A DNA stretch of 64,000 nucleotides, taken from the NCBI GenBank assembly GCA_011109175.1, contig RDEW01000012.1, forward strand, positions 1,215,220 through 1,279,219, written 5' to 3'. The translations under genes and the position numbers were made by a program. Positions 62,501-64,000 of this stretch are shown here, piece after piece (position 1 is the stretch's first letter; the number at the start of each line of letters is the position of its first letter). The notes under the pieces were generated by a model, which worked only from the letters and a program-made list of their open reading frames with translations, made no database searches and was not told the DNA's origin. This stretch comes from Dicyema japonicum. Its lineage: Eukaryota; Animalia; Dicyemida.

Positions 62501-64000
62501 TCCTAGTATTTTATAATGGTTAATTCCAAGAACAACACCGTTATTTAGAAACAACGTTGATTTCATTTAAATTGAATATTATTACTAGTTAAACCGTTAT
62601 TGAATAATTTTTTTCATTTTGGTCAATGAAAGTAGATATTTTGTCAATATGTTTTTGCTGGAACATATAAGGAAATAACAATATCGTTTGATGTCTTAAC
62701 TGATAAATAAAAAGTCCGACACAAGCTGTAATAACTGAGTTATTGTTGTGTTATTTGACGTTCCTGATTTCTGATCTCATTAGAACCGCTCCGAGGTCCT
62801 CATGCAGATTTCGCGGTATATGTCTGACTTGAAACTAGCATCGATAACAAACTTGTTCTTGCTAGCTAATAATAGACAGAATTCATGGAATAAAGTGGAG
62901 ACATATAGCTATCGCCTCATAAGATACGACATTTTGAGGCTACGTACGAAAAATATCTTATCTTCGATATGGTACAATTCATAGGAGCATCATAAACTCT
63001 ATTAACGAAATCAAACAGAAAATAATTTATGGGAAGAAATAGTCGTTGCTTTTTCTACAGAGCTCAGCTCAAATCGGTAATTAAATCAAGATAGAGACTC
63101 TTTGGCCACGTGTTACGTCTAAATTACAAGGTCCATGCAAATTCAAGTATCCAAATCTTTGTTGTATGTTAGATTTGTGTTGCCAGATTTTTATTTTATG
63201 GTCTTGACCCAAGTGGTCTTGTTTCATGTGAATGCTTAGACAAGTGTTGTATAACAGTAAGTTGAAAGCATTGCAAAATTGTATCAGTGACTCTCCATGA
63301 AGGATATGACAATTTCTTCCGTGTGCTCCAATGCACGTTTCCCCTAGTTTGGCTTTTGCAGGCCTGGCGTTCCAGTCCCCGGATACAATAAGAAAGTAAG
63401 AAGATGAGTTGAGTAAAATGCATCCATCTTATCGAGATTTGTTAAGACTCGTGCTCCGGTAGGGAATATAACATTTATAATACACTGAGTTGATTTTATT
63501 TCCGCATTTGATTTGCAGCTCGGGACACGGTAAGATACTGCCCACATTCTTATAAGACATTTAACTGGTCCTGATAGATCGCAAATCTGAGACTACAATA
63601 TCGGCAGGCCTATGAGTGTGTAAAAAGGCGAATTTGCGAAACATTTATGTACATTGTACAGTCGCTTTGGCTCATTTAGACAGCATAAAGAGATGTTGTA
63701 TTTTGTTAGATGCATGACAGTTGATGCTTCTTGTAAGGTTGTTTAAGTCCTCTGCAATAAAAAGTTCCAACAATGAACGGAGAAATAAATAACGAAAAAG
63801 AAATAGATATAATGCAATAGAGACGTTTGTCACCCAAATAAGATAATTATTTTAAGTAGAATTTTGACTCTTTTAAATTTTTCCAATGTTTGTTATTGAT
63901 AAGAAAACCAACAGAGCGGAAAATCATAGTTCATGTATTTCTGATAAATTGTATGTCGATAATTAGCGAGCTCTGTTGTTAAGCCCAAATGAAGTAGCTG
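59575..64000 (-). repeat. Direct segmental duplication (59575-60190 versus 62930-64000) carrying an RTE APE fragment and a LINE RT remnant
   Basis: Near-identical blocks. The second copy keeps 62992-63446, which is absent from the first. The minus strand translates as APE: IVGTFYCRGL, IINVIFPT..MDAFY, IVSGDWNAR and GESLIQFC. Confidence 0.75.

Noticed and set aside
60040-62520. Multi-copy LRR/GPCR-like or novel gene family (LSITN..K motif in four copies)
   Set aside because: Frame-joined translation gives KILGIRFD...SFGHNKESLKIIY, the post-RT region of the same I/Jockey-group LINE.
1-64000. Microsporidian, Paramecium or nucleomorph origin of the window
   Set aside because: Axonemal dynein excludes microsporidia and nucleomorphs. 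The standard code and variable GTN donors exclude Paramecium. GCNT, YTHDC1 and linker-type C2H2 genes fit an animal.
1-64000. rRNA, intact tRNA, snRNA or spliced-leader RNA genes
   Set aside because: No recognisable conserved stretches were seen by eye. Divergent snRNAs could be missed without covariance-model searches.

Overview
AT-rich eukaryotic DNA, most likely animal, with ultra-compact genes embedded in a dense graveyard of transposon fragments. The main gene is an outer-arm axonemal dynein heavy chain (DNAH5/DNAH8 type, 3908-19361, +). Manual splicing against the known family sequence gives about 78 spliceosomal introns, nearly all 21-30 nt long. The same micro-introns occur in an acidic two-RRM gene, a minimal YTHDC1, a C2H2 zinc-finger gene and a GCNT-family glycosyltransferase. 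Micro-introns, the standard genetic code, motile-cilia dynein and animal-type genes point to a dicyemid mesozoan or similar miniaturised parasite (inference). Most remaining DNA is degraded I/Jockey-group, RTE, CRE and RLE-type non-LTR retrotransposons, two pogo/Tigger elements, one Tc1/IS630 element and one Ginger-like element. The 46-58 kb region is a nested inverted duplication centred on the GCNT gene and its inverted pseudogene. All host genes except the zinc-finger gene show small frameshifts, mostly 1-nt losses at short homopolymers and most likely long-read consensus errors, so exact gene models are provisional. All alignments were done by eye or from memory of the protein families; no searches were run.
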